A stretch of 64,000 bases of DNA. It comes from Thermoplasmata archaeon. GTDB taxonomy: Archaea > Thermoplasmatota > SW-10-69-26 > JACQPN01 > JAJPHT01. The first letter of the stretch is position 1. Every line of letters starts with the position of its first letter. The position numbers were made by a program, and so were the translations under genes. The stretch covers positions 1 through 64,000 of the forward strand of contig JAXDQU010000011.1 of NCBI GenBank assembly GCA_034667685.1. Direction: 5' to 3'. The notes beneath the pieces were generated by a model. It was given only the letters and a program-made list of their open reading frames with translations. It searched no databases and was not told the origin of the DNA. Positions 18,372 through 28,066 of this stretch are shown here, piece after piece.

Positions 18372-20127
18372 GCTGCTCTCCGAAAAGATCGTCCATCTTG
18401 TCGCGGAAGATGGTGAGCGCGATGCGGCTCGCGTTGGGCTGCCCGCGCGCCAGCGCCTCGGCGAAATGCATCGCCTGGCCCGCCTTGATGCGCGGCGGCA
18501 TGGGCGGCTCGTTGGGGTCGACGACGGCCTCCAGGAGCGCGGGCCCCTCGTGCGCGAGGAACTGGTCGAGCGCCGCGCCGACGTCCTGCGCGCGGTCCAC
18601 GTGGAAGCCCTTGACGCCGAGCGCCTCGGCCATCGCGGCGATGTCCACGTCGGGCAGCTCGACCCCGAAGGAGGGGTTGCCGAGGAACACCATCTGCTCC
18701 CACTTGATCATGCCAAGCACGTTGTTCTTGATCACGACGACCTTCACCGGGAGCTTGTGCTGCGCGGCGGTCGCCAATTCGCTCCCGAGCATGAGGAGCC
18801 CGCCGTCGCCCACGAACGCGACGACCTGACGCTCCGGGTAGGCGATCTGCGCGCCGATGGCGTAGGGCAGGCCGGGCGCCATCGTGGCGAGCGTGCCGCT
18901 GAGGCTGAAGCGTTGGCGGCCGCGGATCTTGATGAAGCGCGCGGCCCACGCGGCGATGGTGCCCGAGTCGCACGTGACGATGGCGTCCTCCGCGAGGCGG
19001 CGGCCCAGCTCCCACGCGACGACCTGCGGCTTCATCGGCATGTCGGGGCGCGTGGCGTGCTGCTCCATCTGCTGCCACCAGCCGCGCATCTCGCCCTGGA
19101 GGCCCGAGAGCCAGTCGCTCGTGGCGCGCGTCTCGATCAGGGGAAGGAGCTCGGACAGCGTCCATTTGCTATCGCCGACGAGCCCGACCTCGACGGGGTA
19201 GCGGATGCCGATGCGCGAGGGCTCGAGGTCGATCTGCACGGCGCGCGCCTGGCCCGGCTTGGGCAGGTAGTCCATGTAGGGGAACGACGTGCCGATCATC
19301 AGCAGCCCGTCGCATTGCTCCAGCGCGCTCTGCGAGGGAGCCGTCCCCAGGAGGCCGAGGCCGCCCAGGCAGAGCGGATGCTCGTCGGGCACGACGTCCT
19401 TCCCCAGGAGCGGCTTGATGATGGGCGCCTGGAGCGCGGTCGCGATGGCGATGATCTCGTGCCCCGCGCCGCGCGCGCCGCTGCCCGCGAGGATGGCGAC
19501 GCGCTTCGCCTTGTTGAGGAGCGCGGCGGCCTCGCGCAGCGCGTGCTCGGGCGGACGGATGCCGAGGTCCGCGGGGCGGTGGCTCGTGGAGCCGGGCACC
19601 TTCGCGCGGCTGTAGTCGCCCTTGAGCGCAGCCTCCTGCACGTCGATGGGGACGTTCAGGTGCGCCACGCAGCGGTGCGCGAGCGCGACGCGGCACGCGT
19701 TGTCCGTCGCCATGCGCGCGTGCTCGGCGCTGTTCACCTGCACGTTGTACTCGGCGACGTCGGTGAAGAGCGAGAGCATGTTCACCTCCTGCTGGTAGTG
19801 CGACCCGATGAGGTCGGAGTACGTCTGCCCCGTGATGGCGACGACGGGCGTCTGGTCGAGCTTCGCGTCGTAGAGACCGTTGAGCAGGTGGATGCCGCCC
19901 GGGCCGGAGGTCGCGATGCACGCGCCCAGCTTCCCGGTGAACTTGCTGTACGCGGCGGCGGCGAACGCGGCGGCCTCCTCGTGGCGCACGAGCACGAACC
20001 GGATCTTCCCCTCGCGCTGGCGCAAGGCCTCCATCAGGCCGTTGATGCCGTCGCCGGGCAGGCCGAAGATCACCTCGACGCCCCAGCGCTCCAGGGTGTC
20101 CATCATGACGTCGGAGGTGTTGACCAT
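18337..20127 (-). CDS. Thiamine pyrophosphate-dependent pyruvate oxidase/dehydrogenase (PoxB-like)
   Basis: FGLPGDGING, RHEE, TSGPGGIHLLNGLYDA, GDGG..NN TPP motif. Confidence 0.9.
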   Translation of the reverse strand: MVNTSDVMMDTLERWGVEVIFGLPGDGINGLMEALRQREGKIRFVLVRHEEAAAFAAAAYSKFTGKLGACIATSGPGGIHLLNGLYDAKLDQTPVVAITGQTYSDLIGSHYQQEVNMLSLFTDVAEYNVQVNSAEHARMATDNACRVALAHRCVAHLNVPIDVQEAALKGDYSRAKVPGSTSHRPADLGIRPPEHALREAAALLNKAKRVAILAGSGARGAGHEIIAIATALQAPIIKPLLGKDVVPDEHPLCLGGLGLLGTAPSQSALEQCDGLLMIGTSFPYMDYLPKPGQARAVQIDLEPSRIGIRYPVEVGLVGDSKWTLSELLPLIETRATSDWLSGLQGEMRGWWQQMEQHATRPDMPMKPQVVAWELGRRLAEDAIVTCDSGTIAAWAARFIKIRGRQRFSLSGTLATMAPGLPYAIGAQIAYPERQVVAFVGDGGLLMLGSELATAAQHKLPVKVVVIKNNVLGMIKWEQMVFLGNPSFGVELPDVDIAAMAEALGVKGFHVDRAQDVGAALDQFLAHEGPALLEAVVDPNEPPMPPRIKAGQAMHFAEALARGQPNASRIALTIFRDKMDDLFGEQHEDQVRDVRRR

Positions 20128-20313
20128 GACGATCCGCACCGTCTTGCGTCGGGCAAAGACTTGGCGTCAACGACCGCCGGACCGCGTGGCGCTGCCCGCG
20201 TGCCCGAGCCCTCGTTCGGGCCCCACCCGAGATCGACGCGTTCGGCGAGACGATCGGGCCACCGACATGGCGTTCGTCGTGACCACAGACTGAGCTTCTT
20301 CTTGTCTTCCCCG

Positions 20314-22404
20314 TCATTGCGGCCACGTGAATGCCTGGCTGACGACCTGCGCGCCGTCGGCGCCAGTGGCGCGGAACTCGACCTGCGAGCCCGTCGGCGC
20401 GTGATAGCTCGCCGTCCAGTCGCCGTAGCTCTGGAGCGCGAGCGGCTGCCACGCGCCCCCGCTGATCCGCGCGTCGACGGCCTTCACGGTCTCGCTCGCG
20501 GCGACGTGGACCTGGATCCACCACTCGTTGCCGTTGCGCGGCGTGAACGTCGCGGTCATGTTGCCGGAGGGTGGGGGAGAGGGCGAAGGCGAGGGTGAGG
20601 GCGGGGGGGTGCCGCCGCTGCACGTGGTGGCCGTCGCGCCGGTCCAGAGATAGCATCCCGAGACGGCCGTGGCGCCCGTCGTGTCGGTCGCGGTGAACTG
20701 GAGCACCGTGCCGCTGGGCGCGTGGATCGACTTCGCCCACGTGCCCCACGAGTCCTTCGGGAGGTCCACGGGCGCGCCGCCGTTCAGGCTCGCGCTCACC
20801 GACGCGATGGTGTGGCCGCTGGCGGAGGCGCTCGTCTCGACCCACCACTCGTTGCCCTTCGGGCCGAACGTCGCGGTGAAGTTGCCGCCGCTGGGCGGGG
20901 GCGGAGGCGGCGGCGTGGTCGTGCCGTTGCCGGCGAGCGCGACCTTCTCGTGCGGCGGGCTGATGGCGCCCCAGCCCGGGAACATGGCGTTGAAGCCCTG
21001 CGCGCCGGTCCAGACCTGCACCTGGCCGCCGCCCGACGAGACGCCGACGGCCATGGCGAGCTTGCCGTCGCCGAAGAGGCTCGCGGCCTCGGCGGTGCTG
21101 CGCGTGGGGGTAGGCGTCGCGAGGAAGCCCTTCGTCGCGCCGGTGGCGAGGTCGAAGAGCCATAGGCCCGTCTGCCCGCTGCTGGCGCCCGCGGCGACGA
21201 CCTGCTGGGTGCCGTCGCCCACGACGTCAGCCACCATGATATCCTTGTCCGAGACCTGCGCGTTGAGGTCGCGGTGCCACTTCTCGTGGCCCGTCGCGTC
21301 GAAGAGCGCCACGTGGCCCGGGCCCACCTGCTCGAAGTTGCCCGGCTTGTGGCCGATGGTGTTCCAGTCGCCCACGAGCACGGCCTTCGCGCCGTTGACC
21401 GAGACGACGACGGGGCGCGTGTGCGAGAGCGGCGCGGCCCACGTGGGCTGCGCGCGCCAGAGCAGGTGCCCCCACGAGTCGAGCGCGAACCACATCGCAT
21501 GGTCGTTGCCGAACGTCGTGCTATCGTGCGCATCGCGCGCCGCGAAGAGCACGTCGGGGTGGCCGTCGCCGTTGACGTCGGAGAGCGTGGGCTGCATCGG
21601 GATGCTGGCGGGCCACACGTAGCCCGCGGCGTTGAACGTCCACTTCGTGCCGCCCGTCGCGCCGTTGAGCGCGTAGACGGTGCCCGCGTCGTTGGCCATC
21701 ACGACCTCGGGCTTGCCGTCGCCGTCGAGGTCGCCCACGCTGGGGGTCGCGTGGCCGCTCGGCAGCGCCTGGGCCCAGAGCGTGGAGCCGTCGGGGCGCA
21801 CGGCGAAGATGCCCGTCTCCTCGGTCGCCACCACGACGTCCAGCTTGCCGTCGCCGTTCAAGTCCGCGACCGTCGGGCTCGCGTCCATCGTCGTGAACGA
21901 CTGGTACTGGTTGTAGCGGTGCTCCCAGAGCTTGGTGAAGACGAGCTGCGAGGCGCTGCTCGCCGCGGGGTCGATCTCGAAGCGCGCGACGACCGCGGCG
22001 GTGTCCGCCAGGACGACGTCGAGCTTCCCGTTGCCGTCCAGGTCCGTCACGACGGGCGCGTTGATCGGTCCGCTCACGCCCTCGAAGCTGTAGCACGTCG
22101 AGGCGCACCCGGCGTTTCCCGGGGCGAACCTGGCGAGCGTCGCGCCGGTCGCCGGGTCGAGGACGTAGACGTTGCCGTCGTCGCTCTGCGCCACGACCTC
22201 CAGCTTGCCGTCCCCGCGGAAGTCGGCGAGCGCCATCTGCAGGCCGTTGAACGGCGCGGCCCCCGGCGCGATCGTCCGCGTGAGCGTGGCGATGGCGGCG
22301 GCGACGGGCGCGAGCAGGAGGATGGCGACGAGGATGGGAGCCAGGCGGCCGGCTTGCACGGAGGCGCGGTCGGTCGCCACGCGCGAAGGCGGTTCTGGCC
22401 GCAT
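20314..22404 (-). CDS. Secreted FG-GAP repeat protein with two C-terminal NEWW-motif domains
   Basis: Signal peptide; repeated DLxGDGKLxVV motifs; Pro-rich linkers; two GNxTATFxP..GNEWW..WxxSxHAPxG repeats. Confidence 0.8.
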   Translation of the reverse strand: MRPEPPSRVATDRASVQAGRLAPILVAILLLAPVAAAIATLTRTIAPGAAPFNGLQMALADFRGDGKLEVVAQSDDGNVYVLDPATGATLARFAPGNAGCASTCYSFEGVSGPINAPVVTDLDGNGKLDVVLADTAAVVARFEIDPAASSASQLVFTKLWEHRYNQYQSFTTMDASPTVADLNGDGKLDVVVATEETGIFAVRPDGSTLWAQALPSGHATPSVGDLDGDGKPEVVMANDAGTVYALNGATGGTKWTFNAAGYVWPASIPMQPTLSDVNGDGHPDVLFAARDAHDSTTFGNDHAMWFALDSWGHLLWRAQPTWAAPLSHTRPVVVSVNGAKAVLVGDWNTIGHKPGNFEQVGPGHVALFDATGHEKWHRDLNAQVSDKDIMVADVVGDGTQQVVAAGASSGQTGLWLFDLATGATKGFLATPTPTRSTAEAASLFGDGKLAMAVGVSSGGGQVQVWTGAQGFNAMFPGWGAISPPHEKVALAGNGTTTPPPPPPPSGGNFTATFGPKGNEWWVETSASASGHTIASVSASLNGGAPVDLPKDSWGTWAKSIHAPSGTVLQFTATDTTGATAVSGCYLWTGATATTCSGGTPPPSPSPSPSPPPSGNMTATFTPRNGNEWWIQVHVAASETVKAVDARISGGAWQPLALQSYGDWTASYHAPTGSQVEFRATGADGAQVVSQAFTWPQ

Positions 22405-22416
22405 CGCCGTTCGCCG

Positions 22417-22839
22417 CTAGGTCGATGCGGCGAGCTCGCGGGCGTGCCCCTCAAGGTCGAGCCTCAGCAGGCGGCGCGCGAGGGGGCGCGCGATCGGTTC
22501 GCCCACGCGCCAGAGGCCCCGCAGCCGGATCGTGGCGCGCAGGGCGATGCGCGTGCCGCCGCACTCGGAGGAGAAGGCGTACGACCCGCGGAAGCGCGAG
22601 AAGGTGTTGACGCCCTCGAAGACCACGGCATCGCCCTCGCGCCGCGCCGTGACCCGCTCGCGGAAGAGGGGCGCGCGATCCTCCATCGTGGTCGCGTCGG
22701 CCGAGCGCGCGAGGATGCGCCGGCGGACGCGCAGGCCGAGGAAGGCGTGGTCGCCCGCGCCCTCGCGGAAGTCGAGCCACCACGCCAACGCGTCGGCCGG
22801 GGCGACGGGCGCCCAAGCTGAGAAGCCAACTTCAAACAC
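22417..22839 (-). CDS. SRPBCC-like protein
   Basis: Similar size and pattern to 6760-7212 (AxAWxxD(F/Y), RRxxAR). Confidence 0.45.
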   Translation of the reverse strand: MFEVGFSAWAPVAPADALAWWLDFREGAGDHAFLGLRVRRRILARSADATTMEDRAPLFRERVTARREGDAVVFEGVNTFSRFRGSYAFSSECGGTRIALRATIRLRGLWRVGEPIARPLARRLLRLDLEGHARELAAST

Positions 22840-22875
22840 GAGAAAACGAAAGGCGCCGCGCGCCCTTGGAATTGT

Positions 22876-23154
22876 CTAGAGAAGCTCGCGCCGCGGCTGG
22901 TGGATGAAGTGCAGCGCGTTCTTCAGGTCGGCTTCCTGGCCGACGCCTTCGACGGCCGCCTTGCTGAGCGCCTCGCCCAGGAGGAAGATCGCCATCTGGT
23001 GCGCGCGGCGGTCACGGTGCAGGGAAACGGGGGTCACGCCGAGCTTGTCGTAGGCCGTGAAGTAGTCGATCCCGTGGCTGATCCCCGTCGCTTCGAAGGT
23101 TCGCCGCATCTGAAAAAGGAGAGCGTGCAACCTGATCATGTCTTCTTTCCGCAT
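22876..23154 (-). CDS. UPF0058 family protein
   Basis: MRKEDMIRLHALL..YDKLGVTPVSLHR..HQMAIFLLG. Confidence 0.8.
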   Translation of the reverse strand: MRKEDMIRLHALLFQMRRTFEATGISHGIDYFTAYDKLGVTPVSLHRDRRAHQMAIFLLGEALSKAAVEGVGQEADLKNALHFIHQPRRELL

Positions 23155-23364
23155 GTGCATCCCATCCCGCCGGAGCGGTGCCGTCATAAAGCAAGCGGCC
23201 AGGCATATAGTTGCCGAAGCGACCACTGCGGGCGTTACTTCCGCTGCATCGCGTAGCCGATCCCTCCGCTGTCGGTTTTCCGAACCGGCGGGTTGCCACG
23301 TCGGCGGAAGTGCGAATCCGCCCCTTCGCCAAGGTTAGGAGCCTGAGCAAATCCACCCGCCCCG

Positions 23365-23958
23365 TTGCGCGCGCGAACGCTGCTCCTCCCGGCGATGCTG
23401 ACGGCGATCCTCACCGCGGGTGCGCTGGGCACGCCGTTCCACCGCGACGAGGTCCCCTTCGAAGTCGTCGCCCGCGACCACTTCGACGCGCTGGCCGTGA
23501 GCCCCCAGACCGGCGCCCCGACCCGCGCGCCCCTCGACCTGCACCTCGACGTCGAGGGCGACGGCGCGGACGCGGACCTGAGCGGCGCGTTCGCGTGGCT
23601 CGCCCAGCACGCCGGCGTGCGCGTCGTCCGCGACCCGGCCGGCGCGCCCCTCTTCCTGACGCAGGGCGACCTCTCCGCAACGAGCGGCCGGGCGACGCTG
23701 GGCGCGACCGTCAGCAGCGGCATCGCGGCCGAGGTGGGCGACGGGCGCATCAAGGACTGCGTCGTCGCGCACGAGATCCTCCACCTCCTGGGCCTGGGCC
23801 ACGTCGAGGACCCGGACAACATCATGTTCCCGCACTGCACGCCCGGCATGCTGGAGCGCGCGAAGCTCGAGCCGTGGCAGCTCGTGAAGATCGAATCGCT
23901 GGATGGGCTGCAGGCGACGACCCCGCATGGCGTCGAGCAGTGGGTCACGCGCGGGTGA
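23365..23958 (+). CDS. Secreted matrixin-like zinc metalloprotease
   Basis: Signal peptide, HEILHLLGLGH and Met-turn NIMFP. Confidence 0.8.
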   Translation: MRARTLLLPAMLTAILTAGALGTPFHRDEVPFEVVARDHFDALAVSPQTGAPTRAPLDLHLDVEGDGADADLSGAFAWLAQHAGVRVVRDPAGAPLFLTQGDLSATSGRATLGATVSSGIAAEVGDGRIKDCVVAHEILHLLGLGHVEDPDNIMFPHCTPGMLERAKLEPWQLVKIESLDGLQATTPHGVEQWVTRG

Positions 23959-24439
23959 CGACACAGGAAGGGGAAAGAGGGGGCGATGGGGCGACCTCGG
24001 GACAAAGCTCACGTCCCGGACGCCCACCCTGAGTCGTGACGGGCGATTGCCGAAGCACGATCGGCGAGATCCTCGACGCGTCGATCCGGGTCCAGCGGAT
24101 CCTGGGCCGTGGGCTCTACGAGCATCCCTATCGCGATGCCCTCAGCCACGAGCTTGTGAAGCGCGGGCACCAGGTGGAGCGCGAGGTCGCGTTCTCGGCC
24201 TTCTATGAGGACTTGATCCTACATCGGGCATTTCGGGCTGACCTTCTCGTTGACGGTCGAGTCATCGTCGAGCTGAAAGCGGTTGACCGGCTCGCCCCCA
24301 TCCACTTCGCGCAAGCTCGCACCTACCTCCGTTTCAGCGGATGCGCGGCGGTCGTTCTCGTCAACTTCCACGCGCCCCGGATCATCGATGGCTTCTTTCC
24401 AATCCACTCCGATTCGCTCTTTCCCCTTCCTGTGCCGTC
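23957..24439. repeat. 23-bp inverted repeats flanking the GxxExxY gene
   Basis: gacgacacaggaaggggaaagag (23957-23979) vs ctctttccccttcctgtgccgtc (24417-24439), 22/23 complementary. Confidence 0.85.
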
Positions 24440-24494
24440 GGCTTCCCCGGGCGTGACCGAAGAAGCATCGGTCGAATCATCTCGCAAAGGCTAA
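24036..24494 (+). CDS. GxxExxY family protein (PD-(D/E)xK-like)
   Basis: LGRGLYEHPY, FRADLLVD, IVELKAV, QARTYL, LVNF. Confidence 0.88.
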   Translation: MTGDCRSTIGEILDASIRVQRILGRGLYEHPYRDALSHELVKRGHQVEREVAFSAFYEDLILHRAFRADLLVDGRVIVELKAVDRLAPIHFAQARTYLRFSGCAAVVLVNFHAPRIIDGFFPIHSDSLFPLPVPSASPGVTEEASVESSRKG

Positions 24495-24526
24495 GCCTGC
24501 CTGACACGCAGACACCCCTGGCCAAT

Positions 24527-25579
24527 ATGGCGACCCCCGCGCCGCGTGACGCGACGAGGTGGGGCGCCCCGTCGATCGCGGATGGCCTCTCCTTCACGGA
24601 CTCCCGCGCGGTCCACGTCATCACGCGCGGCAACGTGGACGGCATCGTCTCGTCCTCGTTCTGCTTCGCGGTGCACCCCGACGCGCGCGTGAGCTACGTG
24701 CCCAGCGCGACCAGCGCCGTCGAGCTCCTCAGGAAGGACCTCAGCGCGCGGCACTTCTACCTCATCGACGTGGGCCTGACGCCCAAGCTCATCAAGACGC
24801 TCAACGCGAAGGCCAAGTCCGGCGCGCGCGTCACGCTCATCGACCACCACCAGACGAGCCTCATCCACGCGCACGAGCTTTCGACCGAGGTCGAGGTCGT
24901 GCTGGGCGACGCGGGCAGCGCGGCCGGCGCGGCGCTGGACCACTTCATCGCGCGCGGGATGCTCGCGCCCACCGCGGAGCTGACGCGCCTGGCCGCGATC
25001 GCCGACATCGTGGAGTACGGCACCTCCAACCACCTCGACGCGGCGATGCACGCGCACGGCTTCGAGCGGCTGGAGGAGGAGGCCGAGCACCTCGACTTCG
25101 CGTGGCGCCTCGAGATCGAGGACGACCGCTTCCGCGCGAACACGAGCCGCCGGCTGGCGAAGGGGCTCTGGCCCAGCGAGGTCAGCGACGTCAAGTCGCG
25201 CTACCTCACCATGCTCAACGAGAACCGCTGGCTCAAGGCGCAGGAGCGCGTCCGCAGCCGGCTCGTCGTGCGCAACGAGGTCGCGCTGCTCCACTTCGGC
25301 AAGCGCAAGCCCAGCCTGCTCGGGTTCGGCACGCGCGCCCTCACCAGCGTCGCGCGCGAGGAAGGCGCCAAGGTCGCGGTGCTCGTCAACCGGCGCGGAA
25401 ACCTCGCCTCGGTGGCGCTGCGCGCGACGGGCGACACGCGCATGAACCTCGGCCTCTTCGTCGAGGAGTTCACGCGCGAGCATGGCATCGTCGGAGGCGG
25501 CCATCCGACCTCCGCGGGGGCGAAGATCAACTCGCGCTCGCTGCCGCTGTTCCTCGACGAGATCTTCCTGAGCGCCTAG
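24527..25579 (+). CDS. DHH/DHHA1 family phosphoesterase
   Basis: NVDG, IDHH, GGGHPTSAG. Confidence 0.8.
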   Translation: MATPAPRDATRWGAPSIADGLSFTDSRAVHVITRGNVDGIVSSSFCFAVHPDARVSYVPSATSAVELLRKDLSARHFYLIDVGLTPKLIKTLNAKAKSGARVTLIDHHQTSLIHAHELSTEVEVVLGDAGSAAGAALDHFIARGMLAPTAELTRLAAIADIVEYGTSNHLDAAMHAHGFERLEEEAEHLDFAWRLEIEDDRFRANTSRRLAKGLWPSEVSDVKSRYLTMLNENRWLKAQERVRSRLVVRNEVALLHFGKRKPSLLGFGTRALTSVAREEGAKVAVLVNRRGNLASVALRATGDTRMNLGLFVEEFTREHGIVGGGHPTSAGAKINSRSLPLFLDEIFLSA

Positions 25580-25633
25580 CGTGCGCATTCGTTCGGCCGG
25601 GGCGCCAGCACGGTTAACACCCTGGCGCCGCGA

Positions 25634-26539
25634 GTGCCCCGCGTGCCCGATCCCGAGCGGCTTCCGACGCGCGACCTGCTGCTCGTGCTGGCCGTCGTCG
25701 CGCTCTGGGGGTTCAACTTCGTGCCCATCCGCTGGGCGCTCGACGAGGTGCCGCCGCTGGCGCTGGCCTCGCTGCGCTTCCTCCTCGCCGCCGTGCCGCT
25801 CGTCTTCCTGGTGAAGCGTCCCGCCGCGCCGGCCTGGAGCGTCGTCGCGTACGGACTCGCGATCGGCGTCGGGCAGTTCGGGCTCCTCTTCCTGGGCATC
25901 GCGGTGGGCATGCCCGCGGGGCTCGCGTCGCTCGTCGCGCAGGCGCAGGTGTTCCTGACGATCGGCCTGGCCGCGTGGCTCCTGCGCGACCGCGTCGCGC
26001 CCAGGCAAGCGCTCGGCGCGCTCGTCGCCGCGTCCGGGCTCGCGCTGCTCGTGGGCGCGAAGCTCGCCTCCGGGGCGCGGGCCACCGCGCTCGGGCTCGC
26101 GCTCTGCCTGCTGGCCGCGCTCTCGTGGGCCATCGGCAACGTCGTCGCCAAGCACGCCGCGCGCGCCCGCGCTGCCGATGCGCCGCCGCTCGACATGTTC
26201 GCGCTCGTCGTCTGGTCGAGCCTCGTCGCGCCCGTCCCGCTCGCCGTCCTGTCGTTCCTCTTCGAGGGCGGCCTCGCGCCGCTCCACGCGATCGCGTCGA
26301 TGAGCCCGCGCGCCTGGGCGAGCACGCTCTTCATGGCGTGGGGCGCGACGCTCTTCGGCTTCGCGGCGTGGAACCGCCTGCTGCACCGCCACCCGACGGG
26401 ACGCATCGCGCCCTTCGCGCTGCTCATTCCGATCGCGGGCCTCACGAGCGCGTGGCTCGTGCTGGGCGAGGCGCTTTCGTGGCTCGATGCCGGCGCGGGC
26501 GCGCTCGTGCTCGCGGGGCTGGCGCTCACGGTCCTCTGA
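25634..26539 (+). CDS. EamA/DMT family transporter
   Basis: LWGFNFV, PPLALASLRF, AGLASLVAQ; ~10 hydrophobic helices. Confidence 0.9.
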   Translation: MPRVPDPERLPTRDLLLVLAVVALWGFNFVPIRWALDEVPPLALASLRFLLAAVPLVFLVKRPAAPAWSVVAYGLAIGVGQFGLLFLGIAVGMPAGLASLVAQAQVFLTIGLAAWLLRDRVAPRQALGALVAASGLALLVGAKLASGARATALGLALCLLAALSWAIGNVVAKHAARARAADAPPLDMFALVVWSSLVAPVPLAVLSFLFEGGLAPLHAIASMSPRAWASTLFMAWGATLFGFAAWNRLLHRHPTGRIAPFALLIPIAGLTSAWLVLGEALSWLDAGAGALVLAGLALTVL

Positions 26540-26573
26540 CATCTTCAAGCAGGCCCGGCGCGTTCGCGCGGCG

Positions 26574-27188
26574 ATGCCGTCCTACTTCACGAAGGACACG
26601 CTCGCGTTCCTCAAGGAGCTGGAGAAGCACAACAACAAGGCGTGGTTCGAGAAGAACAAGCCGCGCTACGAGGAGCACGTGAAGGAGCCCAGCGCGCGCT
26701 TCGCGGCGGCCGTCGGGACGAAGCTCAAGCTGGAGCCCAACGTCATGCGCATCTACCGCGACACGCGCTTCTCGCGCGACAAGTCGCCCTACAAGACCAA
26801 CGTCGGCATCGGCTTCGGCCACGGCAAGGCGGTCACGGCGCCCGGCTACTTCCTGCACGCGGGCCCGGGCGAGAGCGCCATCCACGCCGGCATCTGGCAC
26901 CCCGAGCCGCCGGTGCTATCACGCATCCGCGAAGGGATCGTCGCCAAGCCCGCGGCGTGGAAGAAGGCGCGCGCCGTCGGGCTCTCCGAGGACGAGGAGA
27001 AGCTCAAGCGCCCGCCACGCGGCGTCCCGCTCGACCACCCGTACGCCGAGGACCTGAAACGCAAGTCCTTCACCGCCGGCATCGCGTTCAAGGACGCTGA
27101 TATCACCGCGCCCGACTTTGACAAGACGTTCCTCGCCGCGGCGAAGAAGCTCGCGCCCCTCAACGACTTCCTCTCGAAGGTGGTCTGA
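26574..27188 (+). CDS. DUF2461 family protein
   Basis: FLKELEKHNNKAWF, RIYRDTRFSRDKSPYK. Confidence 0.88.
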   Translation: MPSYFTKDTLAFLKELEKHNNKAWFEKNKPRYEEHVKEPSARFAAAVGTKLKLEPNVMRIYRDTRFSRDKSPYKTNVGIGFGHGKAVTAPGYFLHAGPGESAIHAGIWHPEPPVLSRIREGIVAKPAAWKKARAVGLSEDEEKLKRPPRGVPLDHPYAEDLKRKSFTAGIAFKDADITAPDFDKTFLAAAKKLAPLNDFLSKVV

Positions 27189-27923
27189 GTGCTGCGCTGG
27201 GACGACCTGACGATGGCCGACTTCAAGGAGAAGGTCGGCTCGCGCACCGTCGCCATCTGGCCCATCGGGATCCTGGAGGCGCACGGCCCGCACCTGCCGC
27301 TCGCGACCGACGCCATCCAGGCCGAGTGGGGCTGCGAGAAGCTCGCGCAGCGCGAGGGCACGCTGCTGCTGTCACCGATGCGCTTCGGCAACGGCGTCGC
27401 CACCGCGCCCTACGCCGGCACGATCTCGCTCAAGTTCGACACGATCCGCGCGCTGGCCTACGACGTGATGGACGAGATGGGGCGCCAGGGCGTGACGCGG
27501 GCGATGGTGGTGTCCGGCCATTTGGGCGCCGACCACGTGCGCGCGCTCCGCCTCGCGGCCGAGGACGTCGTCGCCAAGCGCCCCGCGATGAAGCTCGCGG
27601 TGCTCTCCGACTGGGAGATCGTCTACGAGCTGCGCGGCAAGCCGGGATGGGAGGAGATCCCGCTGGAGGACGGGCACGCCGGCACGCTGGAGACCTCGCG
27701 CATGCTGGCGATCGCGCCCGAGCTTTGCAGGATGGAGCGCGCGCCGCCGTTCATCCCGAAGGCGCCGATCCCCGAGTTCCTCGTGACGACGGGCCTGGAG
27801 AAGCACTACCCCGAGGCGGTGCTGGGCGGCGACGCGCGCAAGGCGACTGCGGCGTTGGGGCACCGGGTCAACGAGCACGTGCTGCGGCGGATGAACGGAA
27901 TCCTGGATTCCCTGACGCGGTGA
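27189..27923 (+). CDS. Creatininase family amidohydrolase
   Basis: PIGILEAHGPHLPLATD, SGH, HAGTLETS. Confidence 0.9.
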   Translation: MLRWDDLTMADFKEKVGSRTVAIWPIGILEAHGPHLPLATDAIQAEWGCEKLAQREGTLLLSPMRFGNGVATAPYAGTISLKFDTIRALAYDVMDEMGRQGVTRAMVVSGHLGADHVRALRLAAEDVVAKRPAMKLAVLSDWEIVYELRGKPGWEEIPLEDGHAGTLETSRMLAIAPELCRMERAPPFIPKAPIPEFLVTTGLEKHYPEAVLGGDARKATAALGHRVNEHVLRRMNGILDSLTR

Positions 27924-27945
27924 GTCGAGCGCGGGGCAAACCAGA

Positions 27946-28066
27946 GCCGGGGACGTGACCCCTGAAAGAAAACGAGAACGCCCGCCAACCCGAGAACCCG
28001 AGTTGGGCCAGCGGGTTCGCGGGTTTTCGGGTCCTCGGGTTTCGGATGGGGTCACGCTTTCCCGGC
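27946..28066. repeat. Intergenic hairpin with 8-nt periodic arms
   Basis: Outer arms 27946-27962/28048-28066; cgggt at 28012, 28020, 28028, 28036 facing aacccg at 27987, 27995. Confidence 0.75.

Noticed and set aside
23228-23323. Possible structured RNA upstream of the UPF0058 gene
   Set aside because: Only an 8-bp plus a 5-bp stem in GC-rich DNA; no recognisable riboswitch consensus
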